64,000 bases of DNA, from positions 72,335 through 136,334 of IMG/VR virus record IMGVR_UViG_3300045988_120820; one strand, given 5' to 3'. The stretch comes from a virus. Below, piece after piece: positions 29,015 to 39,236 of the stretch. The notes beneath the pieces are model-generated. The model saw only the letters and a program-made list of their open reading frames with translations. It did not search any database and had not been told where the DNA came from. Position 1 is the first letter of the stretch. Each line of letters begins with the position of its first letter. The position numbers were made by a program, and so were the translations under genes.

Positions 29015-30832
29015 TCAGAGATATGCCTCATCTGTACTAGAAATTTCTTTACCTACCACTACAGGAATAGTTTTAGTAAAATTCTTTGCAACAAGATTAA
29101 CCGTAGAAGTGCCGTCTTTTAATGCAGTAATACTATTATCCTTATTAATTTTTATTATATCGTCAGTATTTGGTTTTTTTAAAGACACACTATCTGAATA
29201 ATTTATTACCGGTGATGTAGAATATGGTATAGAATATGTTTCACCAATGCCCATATTCAATGTATTTATTGAATTTACACTTTCCACATCTAATGCTTCA
29301 AATATCACATCAGTAGTATAATTATTATTTCCATCAACAACTTTTATTGTTACAGTAAATTCTTTATCAGATAATCTTGTTACATTTCCTAAACTATCTA
29401 TTGTGGCATTATTTTTATCGCAGATAAATTCAATGTCATAAAATGATTTATCTTTTAAAGGAGTGGTAACAGGATGTAATGTTGTTATACTATTAACGGC
29501 ACTATTATATGATTTTATTTCAGTTGTAGACGTATCTCCACAATACAAGTTACCATCTACTTTCAAGTTTTTTACCCCTGTAACACTATTGTTACAATAA
29601 GGAGATAAAACATATTTATTATTATTGATAACTACATAACCATTTATAACATCTTTATATAATGGTTGAATGTTATATACCCATTTATAATTTGATGCTT
29701 TTATAAATCCTAATCTAATGAATTTTGTATTATTTCTTAATGTCATATAAGTCTTATCTCCAGTCCAAGGTGCATATATTATTCCACCTCTTTGACCATA
29801 AATTTCACCTATCTTAACTTTATTTTCGTCGTAACACACTATATTTAAAACAAGACCATAATAATTAGCACTAATTATTATTTCATTAGTATCAACCTCG
29901 ATGTATTCTTCGCTATAACATCCTGTTGACCAAGTATTGCCATAGTCGCCACTACTCATTACCGTATTGTGACCTCTTACCATAGTCAATGTCTCTTCTT
30001 TATTTATAATAGTTTCAGGTATTTTTTCACCTTTAACAGTTATTATTATATCACCAGTAACCTTGTCTATTGAAACAGTTCTTGATTCTTTACTATATGC
30101 TATATCAGTTATATTTATTCCTCCCATTGTAATAGACAACGAAGTTGGTTCATATTCCAAAATAGGTTCTAATTTAGCTACATACTTAGTATTTGGGTCG
30201 ATAGAAGTTTTCTTATTATCATTGGTATAATTAGTTAAATTGTTTATTATAGAATAACTTGTAGGCTGAACAATTTCTGTACATTTTACAGTTATAACTA
30301 AATCACCTGTAACACTAGATATATTAATATTACCATTATTATAAACAGTATTGGTGATGTCTGTACCACCCATAGTAATAATAACACTATTAATAGAATA
30401 TCCTTCATTAGCAGTAATAGTTGCAGTATAAGATTGATTCTCCTCTATTTCAGTTGCATTATTATTATTAATTGCATTAGATAATGTATTTGTTATAGTA
30501 TATTTTATTACAGTAGGTGTAGTAGAACCTAATGGTATTTCTGCTATTACTTTATTTCCGCATTTTATTTTGTAAGAATTAGTAGTTTGTTCTGTACTAA
30601 ATAAGTTCGCAATATCTTTAAATTGTGCATCAATTTTACTTGATGACCAAGTCTTATCAGTGCTGGTATTCACATCATCTATAGAAACACCGCCACCTGT
30701 TTCTATCTTGGTTTCTAATTCATTAAATTTAGTGGTAGCAGACTTCCCATTTTTATCTACAACTAAATCTGGTGAAGTGTAAGGGTAAGAATAGCCGTCA
30801 TTCCCGTCTCTCACTTTCATTTTATCGCTCAT
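29015..30832 (-). CDS. tail fibre protein with tandem Ig-like repeats and C-terminal Big_2-like domain
   Basis: Two ~85-aa repeats (...ITMGGTDITNTVY...VTGDLVITVK / ...ITMGGINITDIAY...VTGDIIITVK). Fibre-type N-terminus YTSPDLVVDKNGKS. Confidence 0.6.
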   Translation of the reverse strand: MSDKMKVRDGNDGYSYPYTSPDLVVDKNGKSATTKFNELETKIETGGGVSIDDVNTSTDKTWSSSKIDAQFKDIANLFSTEQTTNSYKIKCGNKVIAEIPLGSTTPTVIKYTITNTLSNAINNNNATEIEENQSYTATITANEGYSINSVIITMGGTDITNTVYNNGNINISSVTGDLVITVKCTEIVQPTSYSIINNLTNYTNDNKKTSIDPNTKYVAKLEPILEYEPTSLSITMGGINITDIAYSKESRTVSIDKVTGDIIITVKGEKIPETIINKEETLTMVRGHNTVMSSGDYGNTWSTGCYSEEYIEVDTNEIIISANYYGLVLNIVCYDENKVKIGEIYGQRGGIIYAPWTGDKTYMTLRNNTKFIRLGFIKASNYKWVYNIQPLYKDVINGYVVINNNKYVLSPYCNNSVTGVKNLKVDGNLYCGDTSTTEIKSYNSAVNSITTLHPVTTPLKDKSFYDIEFICDKNNATIDSLGNVTRLSDKEFTVTIKVVDGNNNYTTDVIFEALDVESVNSINTLNMGIGETYSIPYSTSPVINYSDSVSLKKPNTDDIIKINKDNSITALKDGTSTVNLVAKNFTKTIPVVVGKEISSTDEAYL

Positions 30833-30930
30833 TTAATCATCCTCCATTTCTATATTTTGTAAGAGCAATAATTTGCCCCCATATAATTTATATACTTTTG
30901 TAAAATCATTAATTCAAATATTCTTACAAA

Positions 30931-30969
30931 AGCATATAAAAAAATATGGGGACATTTCTGCCCCCATAA
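30931..30969 (-). terminator. rho-independent terminator after the putative major tail gene
   Basis: ATGGGGGCAGAAATGTCCCCAT followed by ATTTTTTT on the - strand. Confidence 0.75.
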
Positions 30970-30991
30970 GTTAAAATTTATTAATTATTTT

Positions 30992-31501
30992 TTATATATC
31001 TGTTTTATCTTCTTCAAATGTCATAAAATCTCCATTTGTATCAGTACCTACATCAAAAGTTACAGAATAAGTTTGTAAATCTAATGAACTTGTACCAAAA
31101 TCTTCAGTTATTTGTGGAGTACAGTTAGGTATTGTTGCATTTAATATTTTTCTTGTACCGTCTGGGAATTTTAATTTCATTTTTCCTGTATAAGTATAAG
31201 TAGTAGATGGAGAATCACCTATATGTATTTTACCTTCTGCATCTTTTGTAGCTCCTAAAGTAACTAAGAACATATCGAAATTCATAACTTCCATTTCTGC
31301 TGTGAAAGTCATAGCTTTATTTGCTTTTAATGTTATTTTATTTTTACCATCAGCTCTAGCATTTAAAGTATCTTCTGATTGACCTAAATTAAATGCATTT
31401 ACATAATCTAATGCTACGTCTTTATCTGCTCCAGTTTCACCATTTGGATGAAGTTTCCCTTGCATAGCACCTTCTATTACGAATAAAGTTTCTTGTGCCA
31501 T
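30992..31501 (-). CDS. putative major tail protein
   Basis: 169 aa, strong SD, followed by a strong terminator (a highly expressed unit). Beta-rich sequence. Call is by position and size only. Confidence 0.5.
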   Translation of the reverse strand: MAQETLFVIEGAMQGKLHPNGETGADKDVALDYVNAFNLGQSEDTLNARADGKNKITLKANKAMTFTAEMEVMNFDMFLVTLGATKDAEGKIHIGDSPSTTYTYTGKMKLKFPDGTRKILNATIPNCTPQITEDFGTSSLDLQTYSVTFDVGTDTNGDFMTFEEDKTDI

Positions 31502-31529
31502 TTCACATTACCTCCGTTTTATTAATTAT

Positions 31530-32270
31530 TTATTCATCCCTCATTAGTCTTGTACCCATATACCAAGGAGGAATTTCTTTACCTTTATATGCTCCCGCAA
31601 TAGCAAGTTTCCAAGCCAACTCGCAATCTTCCATTGCTTTCATTGATTTATAAGTGTCTTGTAATTGCCAAGCAGTCCAATTTTTTATTTCTTCATACGT
31701 AGTTTTTCTTGTATGTATCACTTGTCTTACTATTTCTTCAAAATATATAGCATTTTTTTTCATTTGTTTTTCTTTGTATTCTTTTTCATACTTTTCAAAC
31801 AATGCTATATCTTCAGCTGAACCTTCAATCTTTTGTTTAATTTCTTTTTTAGGTTCATCATAATACATTATTTCTAAAACAATTTTAGACAATATATTAA
31901 AATTACTATCGTCTATAAAAGATTCAATATTATCTTGAGATTTAATAAATATACTATATCCTTTATCTCCACAATTTTTTAACTTTATATCTTTTGTATC
32001 ATATAAAATCATAAGATACAATATTAAATCTACTAATAAAGATTTATTCTTTTGAGATAAGGTATAATATATATTAAAAGGCATTTCCACTTCTTCAAAA
32101 GCACCATTATTATTCCAATATCGAACCATGTAAAAAGGTTTTATAAACTCTATGCTATCCACCACCTCTATAAAGGTTTGAATCTTGGGCTGTTTAATAA
32201 TGCCTAAATTAAATTCTCTTAAATCAATATCTTTACCAGATAATAATTCTTTAGTGAATTTACATTTCAT
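31530..32270 (-). CDS. hypothetical neck/tail-module protein
   Basis: ORF with SD, overlapping its neighbour. No motif recognised. Confidence 0.5.
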   Translation of the reverse strand: MKCKFTKELLSGKDIDLREFNLGIIKQPKIQTFIEVVDSIEFIKPFYMVRYWNNNGAFEEVEMPFNIYYTLSQKNKSLLVDLILYLMILYDTKDIKLKNCGDKGYSIFIKSQDNIESFIDDSNFNILSKIVLEIMYYDEPKKEIKQKIEGSAEDIALFEKYEKEYKEKQMKKNAIYFEEIVRQVIHTRKTTYEEIKNWTAWQLQDTYKSMKAMEDCELAWKLAIAGAYKGKEIPPWYMGTRLMRDE

Positions 32271-32787
32271 TGAAATATCTCACTGTGACACTTGTTATAT
32301 AAGTGTTATAATCAATTGGTATTGAATAGTTTTGAGATGTAGTTCCTATAATTGGTTTTCCAATAGCTTCCAACCTTTCATCTTCTCTAAGAATTTCATT
32401 TATTCTTTTGTAAATGATAATGTCTCTTGACCCATTTAATGTATTGGAGCAACTATTGTGACAAACTACACCTATATCTAATCTAAAAGAACTTATAAAT
32501 GAAGAAGTTTTACCATTATTTAAAGAAGCTGGTTCATCTTTATACATATTTAAAAATATATAACAATCGGATTCAAATATAGCGTCAAAGAGTTTATTAA
32601 CTCTACGGTCTATAAATATTTTTTTATCATTAAGGTTTTTTATAGGCTCTTTTACTTTAGGTAAAGATAAAATATCATCTTCGGTAGTGTTTGTATAATA
32701 CAACATTTTATTAATTGTATCATCAAGCATTAAAAGAGTTCCCACTTTATTTATATATCTATCGGGAAATGTTATTAACTTACCCAT
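32260..32787 (-). CDS. hypothetical neck/tail-completion-position protein
   Basis: Position between the connector and the tail tube gene. Confidence 0.45.
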   Translation of the reverse strand: MGKLITFPDRYINKVGTLLMLDDTINKMLYYTNTTEDDILSLPKVKEPIKNLNDKKIFIDRRVNKLFDAIFESDCYIFLNMYKDEPASLNNGKTSSFISSFRLDIGVVCHNSCSNTLNGSRDIIIYKRINEILREDERLEAIGKPIIGTTSQNYSIPIDYNTYITSVTVRYFNEM

Positions 32788-32788
32788 T

Positions 32789-33784
32789 TTAAGACGCCCC
32801 CAATCCTCTTATTGTTATATTTTTAATATCTATAGTTTCACCATTTTTATTTTTTGCTATTAAAGTAATAACCTCTCCAATAATATCAAAATCTAAATCT
32901 ACAGATATAGTACATTCTTTATTGTTTGTATTAGTAATTTTACAAAAACCATAATCAAAGTCTAATTCAAAATTTACTTCTTCGTCATATTGGATTTTAT
33001 AAATTAAATCTTCACCTATATGTATTTTATCGTTTCCTTCTATCTTTCCGTATTTAACAGACGAATCATAAAAAGGATTGTAAGCAACTAAATTATCGTT
33101 ATCATCTTCCACTAATTGAGTAGTTTCAAGTAATAACCATTTGATTAATCCATCACCAGGAGTTTCTCTTCTAGTATACTCAAAATCATTTTTATGAGTT
33201 ATTTTATAAGCTTGTCTATCTTTTCCCATAAGTCTTGCACCGACGTTCAAACTAGAAGTTATCGGATTAGAACCTACTAAAACAGTTCTTTTTGCATCTA
33301 GGTTAGAAATATATTTATAATCGTGAATACCTTTAGAATACATCGTTAAGTTTGTGATATTAACTGGTGTTCTATAAATCTCACCTTTGTATCCAATATT
33401 GAACCATTCATTACATCGTTTTAATGTATACTTTTTATGAGTCATTGTACTTATTACTTCTTCAAATTCTAATATGTAATATGATTTATTCCAATATATA
33501 TAGCTACCTACATCTACAGGACATTCTAATCTACAAACTAAATATTTTTCATCAAATGCTGTTTTATCATTATCAGCCACATCTTTTATAACCATTCTTT
33601 CATATGAATTAGTTTCTTTATTTATTAATTCATCTGGTCTTGTATATTGGATTTCATAAGCACTTCGAGCCTCTTTAGTTAAGTAAAACTCAAAGTCGTT
33701 AATCATATCATTTCTTTCTTTTTCCTCTATTGTATTAAAATCTTTTAGATTTCTTTTTCTATATTTTTCAAAGTAATTACTCAT
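32789..33784 (-). CDS. hypothetical head-tail module protein
   Basis: 331-aa ORF, translationally coupled on both sides. Confidence 0.45.
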   Translation of the reverse strand: MSNYFEKYRKRNLKDFNTIEEKERNDMINDFEFYLTKEARSAYEIQYTRPDELINKETNSYERMVIKDVADNDKTAFDEKYLVCRLECPVDVGSYIYWNKSYYILEFEEVISTMTHKKYTLKRCNEWFNIGYKGEIYRTPVNITNLTMYSKGIHDYKYISNLDAKRTVLVGSNPITSSLNVGARLMGKDRQAYKITHKNDFEYTRRETPGDGLIKWLLLETTQLVEDDNDNLVAYNPFYDSSVKYGKIEGNDKIHIGEDLIYKIQYDEEVNFELDFDYGFCKITNTNNKECTISVDLDFDIIGEVITLIAKNKNGETIDIKNITIRGLGAS

Positions 33785-34187
33785 TTATGTCAACTCCTCT
33801 TGTGGCATAACCTATTCTTAACTTTCTCAATTCTTTAACATACATTTCTCTAGTTTTTAAAAGGTTATTTAATAAGGTTGCAGGTGACTTAATAGAATAC
33901 TCACTATCTGTTATATGAATAGTTAAAGCGTCTCTATTAAGTATTTTTGTATCCACAAAAGGAATCAACATACCTTTAGCTAATATTTGTTTTTCTTTCC
34001 AATTTAATTTAGATTTAAAATAGCCGTCCTCTATAGTTAAATCCTGTTTGCATTGTTCAAAATTAGATATTGAAACATATAAGTAGGATTCTAATAAATC
34101 TTCAAGGACGGATTCATCTATTTCTAATAAATCATCTTTACCTAAATGTTTTAGAAACAAATCATAAATTTCTGTAACAGGTGTCAT
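33777..34187 (-). CDS. head-tail connector (gp6-like) protein
   Basis: Small helical protein downstream of the capsid gene. Size and position are typical. Confidence 0.45.
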   Translation of the reverse strand: MTPVTEIYDLFLKHLGKDDLLEIDESVLEDLLESYLYVSISNFEQCKQDLTIEDGYFKSKLNWKEKQILAKGMLIPFVDTKILNRDALTIHITDSEYSIKSPATLLNNLLKTREMYVKELRKLRIGYATRGVDINE

Positions 34188-34197
34188 TTAATCACCT

Positions 34198-34818
34198 CTA
34201 ATCAATATCTAGTAATTGTTCTCTACCTAGTAAATCACATAATATTTTTTCTTTTCTTCTTGATAACTCGAAATCAGTTTCTTCTGATTTAGTCATCATT
34301 ATCGCTTTACAAGCTAGATTTCTTAGGAATGACTCTTTTCTATTTTGAATTTTTCTTTCAAATCTATCATCTGGAAGATTTAATAATTCTTCAGCTTTAG
34401 CAGTTAATTGATTTTCTTCGCTATTATAAATAGAAGCTATACCAACATAATCTACAACATTATCTATTGTGTATTCATCTGATAATACGTCTGTTACAAT
34501 TATCATATAATCTTTAAAAAAAGATTTACATTTATTTGCAACTTCCCATAATTCTGCTAAAGATATTTCAGTATATTCGTTTGGAAGTAAATCAAAATAT
34601 ACTTCTTCATTCTTATTCATATAAATAACACTCATAAAAGACATATTACAAATCTGAACATATATTTCATCTTGATTCTTTTTTAATTCCATATTAATTT
34701 GTCTTTTAGTTTTTTTCTTTTCTATTTTTTCTTCTACCTTTTCCATAACATCTTTAGTTACTTCATTGGCAGTTTTCGCTTTAGTTGATTTAGTAGTAGC
34801 TTTTTTTACTTTTTCCAT
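34198..34818 (-). CDS. hypothetical protein with basic K/T-rich N-terminus
   Basis: ORF with SD, directly after the capsid terminator. Confidence 0.5.
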   Translation of the reverse strand: MEKVKKATTKSTKAKTANEVTKDVMEKVEEKIEKKKTKRQINMELKKNQDEIYVQICNMSFMSVIYMNKNEEVYFDLLPNEYTEISLAELWEVANKCKSFFKDYMIIVTDVLSDEYTIDNVVDYVGIASIYNSEENQLTAKAEELLNLPDDRFERKIQNRKESFLRNLACKAIMMTKSEETDFELSRRKEKILCDLLGREQLLDID

Positions 34819-34835
34819 TTTGTTTATTCTCCCTT

Positions 34836-34871
34836 CTAAATTAAATAAAGCACTACCAACAAAGTAGTGCT
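34836..34871 (-). terminator. rho-independent terminator after the major capsid gene
   Basis: AGCACTAC/GTAGTGCT stem followed by TTATTTAATTT on the - strand. Confidence 0.7.
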
Positions 34872-34895
34872 ATGTTAATTATTAATTATTTTTGA

Positions 34896-36306
34896 TTAGT
34901 TTTGTATTTTTATTATAGCGTAAGTAGAAGCTATAGCTACACCTAAATGTACCATACGGTTCATTTCCATTTCGATTTGATAATCTTTTCTAGCTCCAGT
35001 AGTATCTTCGTTTAATTCTACATCGCCTAATCTTCGCATAAGGTCGTTATTCTTATACCGTTCTCTAAGGAACTGCTCATGCTTTCACATGAGAGGAGAC
35101 TATTTCTTCACCCTATATTTATAGGGGCAACCCACTTCCACCCACTTGGGTGTACGAACTTGCGTTCTAGTCGTTGGAGTTTTTCCTCGTTATATTATAA
35201 ATTTATTTATAACAGGGGAACTTACCTGCATGAACAGGGATTGTAATGAATTTAATCATTTAGTGTTTAGGATTTAACCATGCACCATCTCTACGTTTTT
35301 TCTACTTTCGTGCCGTTACGTTTTAGTTTTCACTATCCGCTTTGGTGTAGAGCTTTACCCATTACCTGCAATTCAAGTTGTGTCCTATACCGATTGCTCG
35401 ATATACGAGGCGTTAAGCTACGTTTAGCTCGTTACCTTCATATCCTAATTTTACAATTGACTCACCGGCTGGTAGTAAAATTAAGTATTTATCTTCTATA
35501 TCAAATTTACCTACTTCTTTATCATAATAGTTTGGTAATGGAACTAATGGAGTACCTTCAAACACTCTAGTATAACCATAATTCCTTCTATCATCTTTTT
35601 CTGCGTCAGATAAGAAAGTAGCATCAGTTTTTACATGAGCTAATGCTGATTTAGTACCTAATATTTGTACTTCTGCACCTGTATAGTCAGAAACTTTAGC
35701 TATCATTTCTCTTAATGTTTCTGCTAAAGCAGTATCTGGAGTAGCCTTGCATAAATTTGGATTTCCGGCAGTATCATAAGCCCCATATAAAGTTTTAGTT
35801 ACTAAAGTACATATTTTTTTATCAAAAGATTTAGAAACTCTTTCTACGAATAATGTCCAATCTATAGCACCTTTTAAGAAATCGAACATTTCTGCATAGA
35901 TTTTGATACCTAGTCTAAAACCTTTAGTATCAACTTTTCTATCAAAAATTCTTTGTCTATGAACAGTCTTGACACCAGTAGCCATTAAACTAACTTTAAA
36001 TAATTCATCATTTTGTACTAAATATTCTTTTTTATCACCTAAGTCGAATGTTTCAACATCAACTAAATCTCCATAAGATTCCATAGTTATTTCATTATGT
36101 GTTACTGTTATTAATTCTTCTAATAATTCAAATACAATAGTACCATTTCTATCTAACCATCTTTTATATTTAGATTTCTTTTCTGGTAATGGTTCTACTT
36201 TTTCAAATATCATATTTCTGATTATATCAGATGCTTCTTTTTTAGAATAATTACATACTCCATTATGTAAATCTACTATCATTTGTCTAACATCGTTATC
36301 TATCAT
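34896..36306 (-). CDS. major capsid protein, split gene (exon 1 35416..36306, exon 2 34896..35036)
   Basis: The 297-aa ORF ends ...GYEGNELNVA*. A hand-translated 46-aa continuation (RRLGDVELNEDTTGARKDYQIEMEMNRMVHLGVAIASTYAIIKIQN) lies beyond a structured 379-nt insert and has no SD of its own. Confidence 0.7.
35037..35415 (-). mobile_element. group I-like intron (family alpha), ORF-less, in the major capsid gene
   Basis: Alignable with TMP introns C and D. GAAA-capped hairpin at ~35074..35097 with compensatory changes. The 3' end ...CCTTATG is aligned with ...CCTAATTG of D. The 5' site could instead lie after GGT at 35434. Confidence 0.75.
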
Positions 36307-36345
36307 TATTTATAACCTCCTAATTTTATTAATTGTTTTTTGATT

Positions 36346-36855
36346 TTAATAGAATAATATTTTAACCATATCTCTACCTTGTACTGTAAGTACTTCTACA
36401 ACTTCACCAACTATTCTTTTAGCTCCTGTTTCACCAACACCTGGAGCAGTGTATTTTTTAAGATTATGTGAACTAGCTTTAACAGTTAATTGGTCTCCTA
36501 CGGCAACAGTTTCGTCTATAAGTGTTTTTTCTATAGTGACAACCATTCCTTTATGTAAAAAATAACCTCTCACAGGGTTTCCTGCTTCTGTATCTGGATA
36601 ATCTCCATGATTCCACATATCTCTTTTATCATATCTATGACCGTCAGATGCTACCATAGCTAATATTTTATTAGCGTCATCTTCTAAATCAGTTACTTCA
36701 TAACATTCACCTTCTGCCCCTATATCAGATACTTTAGCTAAAGTATTATCAGCAAGTCCTTTTACTAATACTACTTCTCCATTTTTTAATGCTTCATCTT
36801 CGCATATTATTGATTTGGCAAAATTATCTTCTACATAATTTAATATTTGTATCAT
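36346..36855 (-). CDS. hypothetical head-module protein
   Basis: 169-aa ORF between the scaffold and capsid genes. Confidence 0.5.
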   Translation of the reverse strand: MIQILNYVEDNFAKSIICEDEALKNGEVVLVKGLADNTLAKVSDIGAEGECYEVTDLEDDANKILAMVASDGHRYDKRDMWNHGDYPDTEAGNPVRGYFLHKGMVVTIEKTLIDETVAVGDQLTVKASSHNLKKYTAPGVGETGAKRIVGEVVEVLTVQGRDMVKILFY

Positions 36856-36880
36856 TATTTATACCTCCTAATTTTGTTAA

Positions 36881-38134
36881 TTATTTTTTGTTTTTCCATT
36901 TTTCCAATCTACCACCGTAAGGTGCATTAGAATCTGTAAATTCTTCATTTGGATTTATTATACCTACTGAATTAGTTTTTCCATTTTTAGGTTTACTAAA
37001 TGATTGAGTTTCTCTAACTTGATTAGCCCACATTATAGCTAATTTTCCTTCATATTCTTCTTTAGATATTTCATGTTTTAATGCTTTATCTTGAAGTGCT
37101 TTAGCATCTTCTGTATCTAAAGAATATTTTTCAGTTATAGAATCAATTTCTAATTTAAATTGTTTAGCATCGCTATCAGCTTTAAATTGTTTTAATTCTT
37201 CATAATCACTCATGCTTTCTAATTGAGCTTTTAATTCTTCGTATTCAATTTTTAATTGGTCAAAAGCAGTTTTTAATTGTGTATATTTTTCATCTTCTGT
37301 GTTATCTTCAACAGAATGATTTTCCTTATCTTTATCTTCTTTCTTTTCTTCAGAATCATCTTGAGAACATTCTTCTTTTTGTTCTTCTTCATCCGGAGTG
37401 AAATCTTCTTGTTGAGTTCCCTCTTGATTTTCAAACTCTTCAGTTTCTTGAACTTCTTGATTTTCAAACTCTTTATCCATTGTTTCACCTCCCTTTTCTA
37501 AAGAATAAATTTTCTTCATTTCTTCTAATTCAGTTTTAACATCTCCACAAGTGAACAGAGATAAGTTAGCTCCTGCCATAGCAGGTTGAACACCTACACC
37601 AAGCATTGTTATACCTAAAAAAGTAAAATCAGTTATTTCAAAGAATCCATCTTCTCTAAAGCTGAAATCGTCAACATTTATTTCCATAGATACTTCTAAT
37701 GCACCATCGTTAGAATCTAATACATCAAGTAATTGTTGGGAATACTCCCTCCATATTAATGCTGTGCAAGATAAATATTTCTTACCGTCTTTTTCTACTT
37801 GTGTAATTATAGTATCTTCTGGAACGAATCCATAAGCTTTTTCAAGATATATTAACTGATAATCGTAACCATCTGGAGTATCAGTAGCCTCCACTTTAGT
37901 ATCATGTCCACCTAAAACCCATTCGTCATCTTCATTTTTATAAACATGAGCTAATAAGGGTATACCTCTAATACTTTTTTCAGCACATTTCATTTGTGTT
38001 TCTGAATCAAACCAAGAACCATTTAAATTATCTTGGTCGTGACATACAAGTATTCTACATCCTACAAATCTACTATCACTTGAAGATTTAAAAACTTCCA
38101 TTTCACTATATAATTTTAAATGTTTATTTCCCAA
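36881..38134 (-). CDS. putative prohead protease-scaffold fusion protein
   Basis: The N-terminal ~200 aa has a prohead-protease-like pattern (...IRGIPLLAHVY...LEVSMEI...). An acidic linker and a coiled-coil C-terminus are typical of scaffolds. Confidence 0.4.
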   Translation of the reverse strand: MGNKHLKLYSEMEVFKSSSDSRFVGCRILVCHDQDNLNGSWFDSETQMKCAEKSIRGIPLLAHVYKNEDDEWVLGGHDTKVEATDTPDGYDYQLIYLEKAYGFVPEDTIITQVEKDGKKYLSCTALIWREYSQQLLDVLDSNDGALEVSMEINVDDFSFREDGFFEITDFTFLGITMLGVGVQPAMAGANLSLFTCGDVKTELEEMKKIYSLEKGGETMDKEFENQEVQETEEFENQEGTQQEDFTPDEEEQKEECSQDDSEEKKEDKDKENHSVEDNTEDEKYTQLKTAFDQLKIEYEELKAQLESMSDYEELKQFKADSDAKQFKLEIDSITEKYSLDTEDAKALQDKALKHEISKEEYEGKLAIMWANQVRETQSFSKPKNGKTNSVGIINPNEEFTDSNAPYGGRLEKWKNKK

Positions 38135-38158
38135 TTCTAATTCACACCCCCTTTCTTC

Positions 38159-38344
38159 TTAGAAAAATAATTTATTAGAAAACATGAATTTTCTTTTATC
38201 TTCATTACTGAATTTAACTTTAGTACTATTAAGAAAAATATAAACAGTTTTATTGTCTATAATACCTTCAGATAAAAACACTAATCCTCGATTTAAAAGT
38301 TCATGTTTATCTTCTTCATTAAATGCATATATGAATTTATTCAT
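38159..38344 (-). CDS. small protein, DUF5659-like pattern
   Basis: 61 aa. Its start overlaps the S8 stop (ATGAATAA). Loosely similar to 40332..40508 and to the N-terminus of 46530..46811. Confidence 0.5.
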   Translation of the reverse strand: MNKFIYAFNEEDKHELLNRGLVFLSEGIIDNKTVYIFLNSTKVKFSNEDKRKFMFSNKLFF

Positions 38345-39236
38345 AATGTATCACTCCATTACCTTGGAATCTAAAATCTAAATTTAAATCCCTACAATGT
38401 TTTATTAATTCAGCATATAACTCCATTTCACTAGGATTTCTACCTCTTTTAAATTTAAATTTTTGTTTTAATAAAGCTAAAAATCCCGCAACATGAGGTG
38501 ATGCTTGACTTGTACCACTAGCAGTGGCAAATTTATTATTTAAATAACAACCCCTTATATTGTAACCTGGAGCTACCAAATCTATTTCATCATTTGAATT
38601 AGAGAATTTTGTTATTTTATCATCTATACTTATTGCTCCTATTGCTATTGAATTATTTAAATATGCTGGGTAAGATATTTCATTAGTATTAAACTTACCA
38701 TCTCCACTGTTACCACTACTAACACAACATAAGATATCATTATCTATTGCTAATTCAATTAATTTATCTAATTCTTTATCATAAACATTTGTACCTAAAC
38801 TCATATTAATTATATCTACTTTTTCTTCTATCATATATTTAATACCATTAGTTATACATTCCATATCACCATTACCTTTTTTATTAAGTACTTTTCCAAC
38901 TACTAATTTAGCATTAGGTGCTACACCATAAATGCCTAAATGTTCGCCGTCAGGTTTTGCACATATTATAGAAGAAACATGAGTTCCATGCCCATTTAAA
39001 TCCTCAAAATTATCAGAATTACCTTCGGAAGTGAAATTTTTCCCTTTTAAAATATTATCTTTTAAACAATAATGAGAAGTACTTATTCCTGTGTCTAATA
39101 CACCTATCACTATATCTTCTCCTTTATATCCTTCATTCCATAAATTTTCAGTTCCAATATGTTTAATATTATCGGGAATTAAATCTGGAAGATTGTCGCT
39201 TATAGATTCTATTTTATAGTCTGCAATTTTAAACAT
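38337..39236 (-). CDS. subtilisin-like serine protease (peptidase S8)
   Basis: Catalytic triad motifs VIGVLDTGI (D), HGTHVSS (H), SGTSQASPHVAG (S). Confidence 0.85.
   Translation of the reverse strand: MFKIADYKIESISDNLPDLIPDNIKHIGTENLWNEGYKGEDIVIGVLDTGISTSHYCLKDNILKGKNFTSEGNSDNFEDLNGHGTHVSSIICAKPDGEHLGIYGVAPNAKLVVGKVLNKKGNGDMECITNGIKYMIEEKVDIINMSLGTNVYDKELDKLIELAIDNDILCCVSSGNSGDGKFNTNEISYPAYLNNSIAIGAISIDDKITKFSNSNDEIDLVAPGYNIRGCYLNNKFATASGTSQASPHVAGFLALLKQKFKFKRGRNPSEMELYAELIKHCRDLNLDFRFQGNGVIHYE

Noticed and set aside
35280-35570. 96-aa + strand ORF lying over the capsid-gene intron; considered as a possible intron-encoded endonuclease.
   Set aside because: It is antisense to the intron and runs into capsid exon 1. 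It has no SD and no LAGLIDADG/GIY-YIG/HNH motif. The same applies to 18110..18295 and 20240..20491 over TMP introns C and A.
37273-37501. ORFs 37273..37488 (-) and 37277..37501 (+) within the scaffold gene.
   Set aside because: They are alternative-frame or antisense readings of the acidic E/D/K-rich linker of 36881..38134, giving K-rich or F-rich low-complexity translations.
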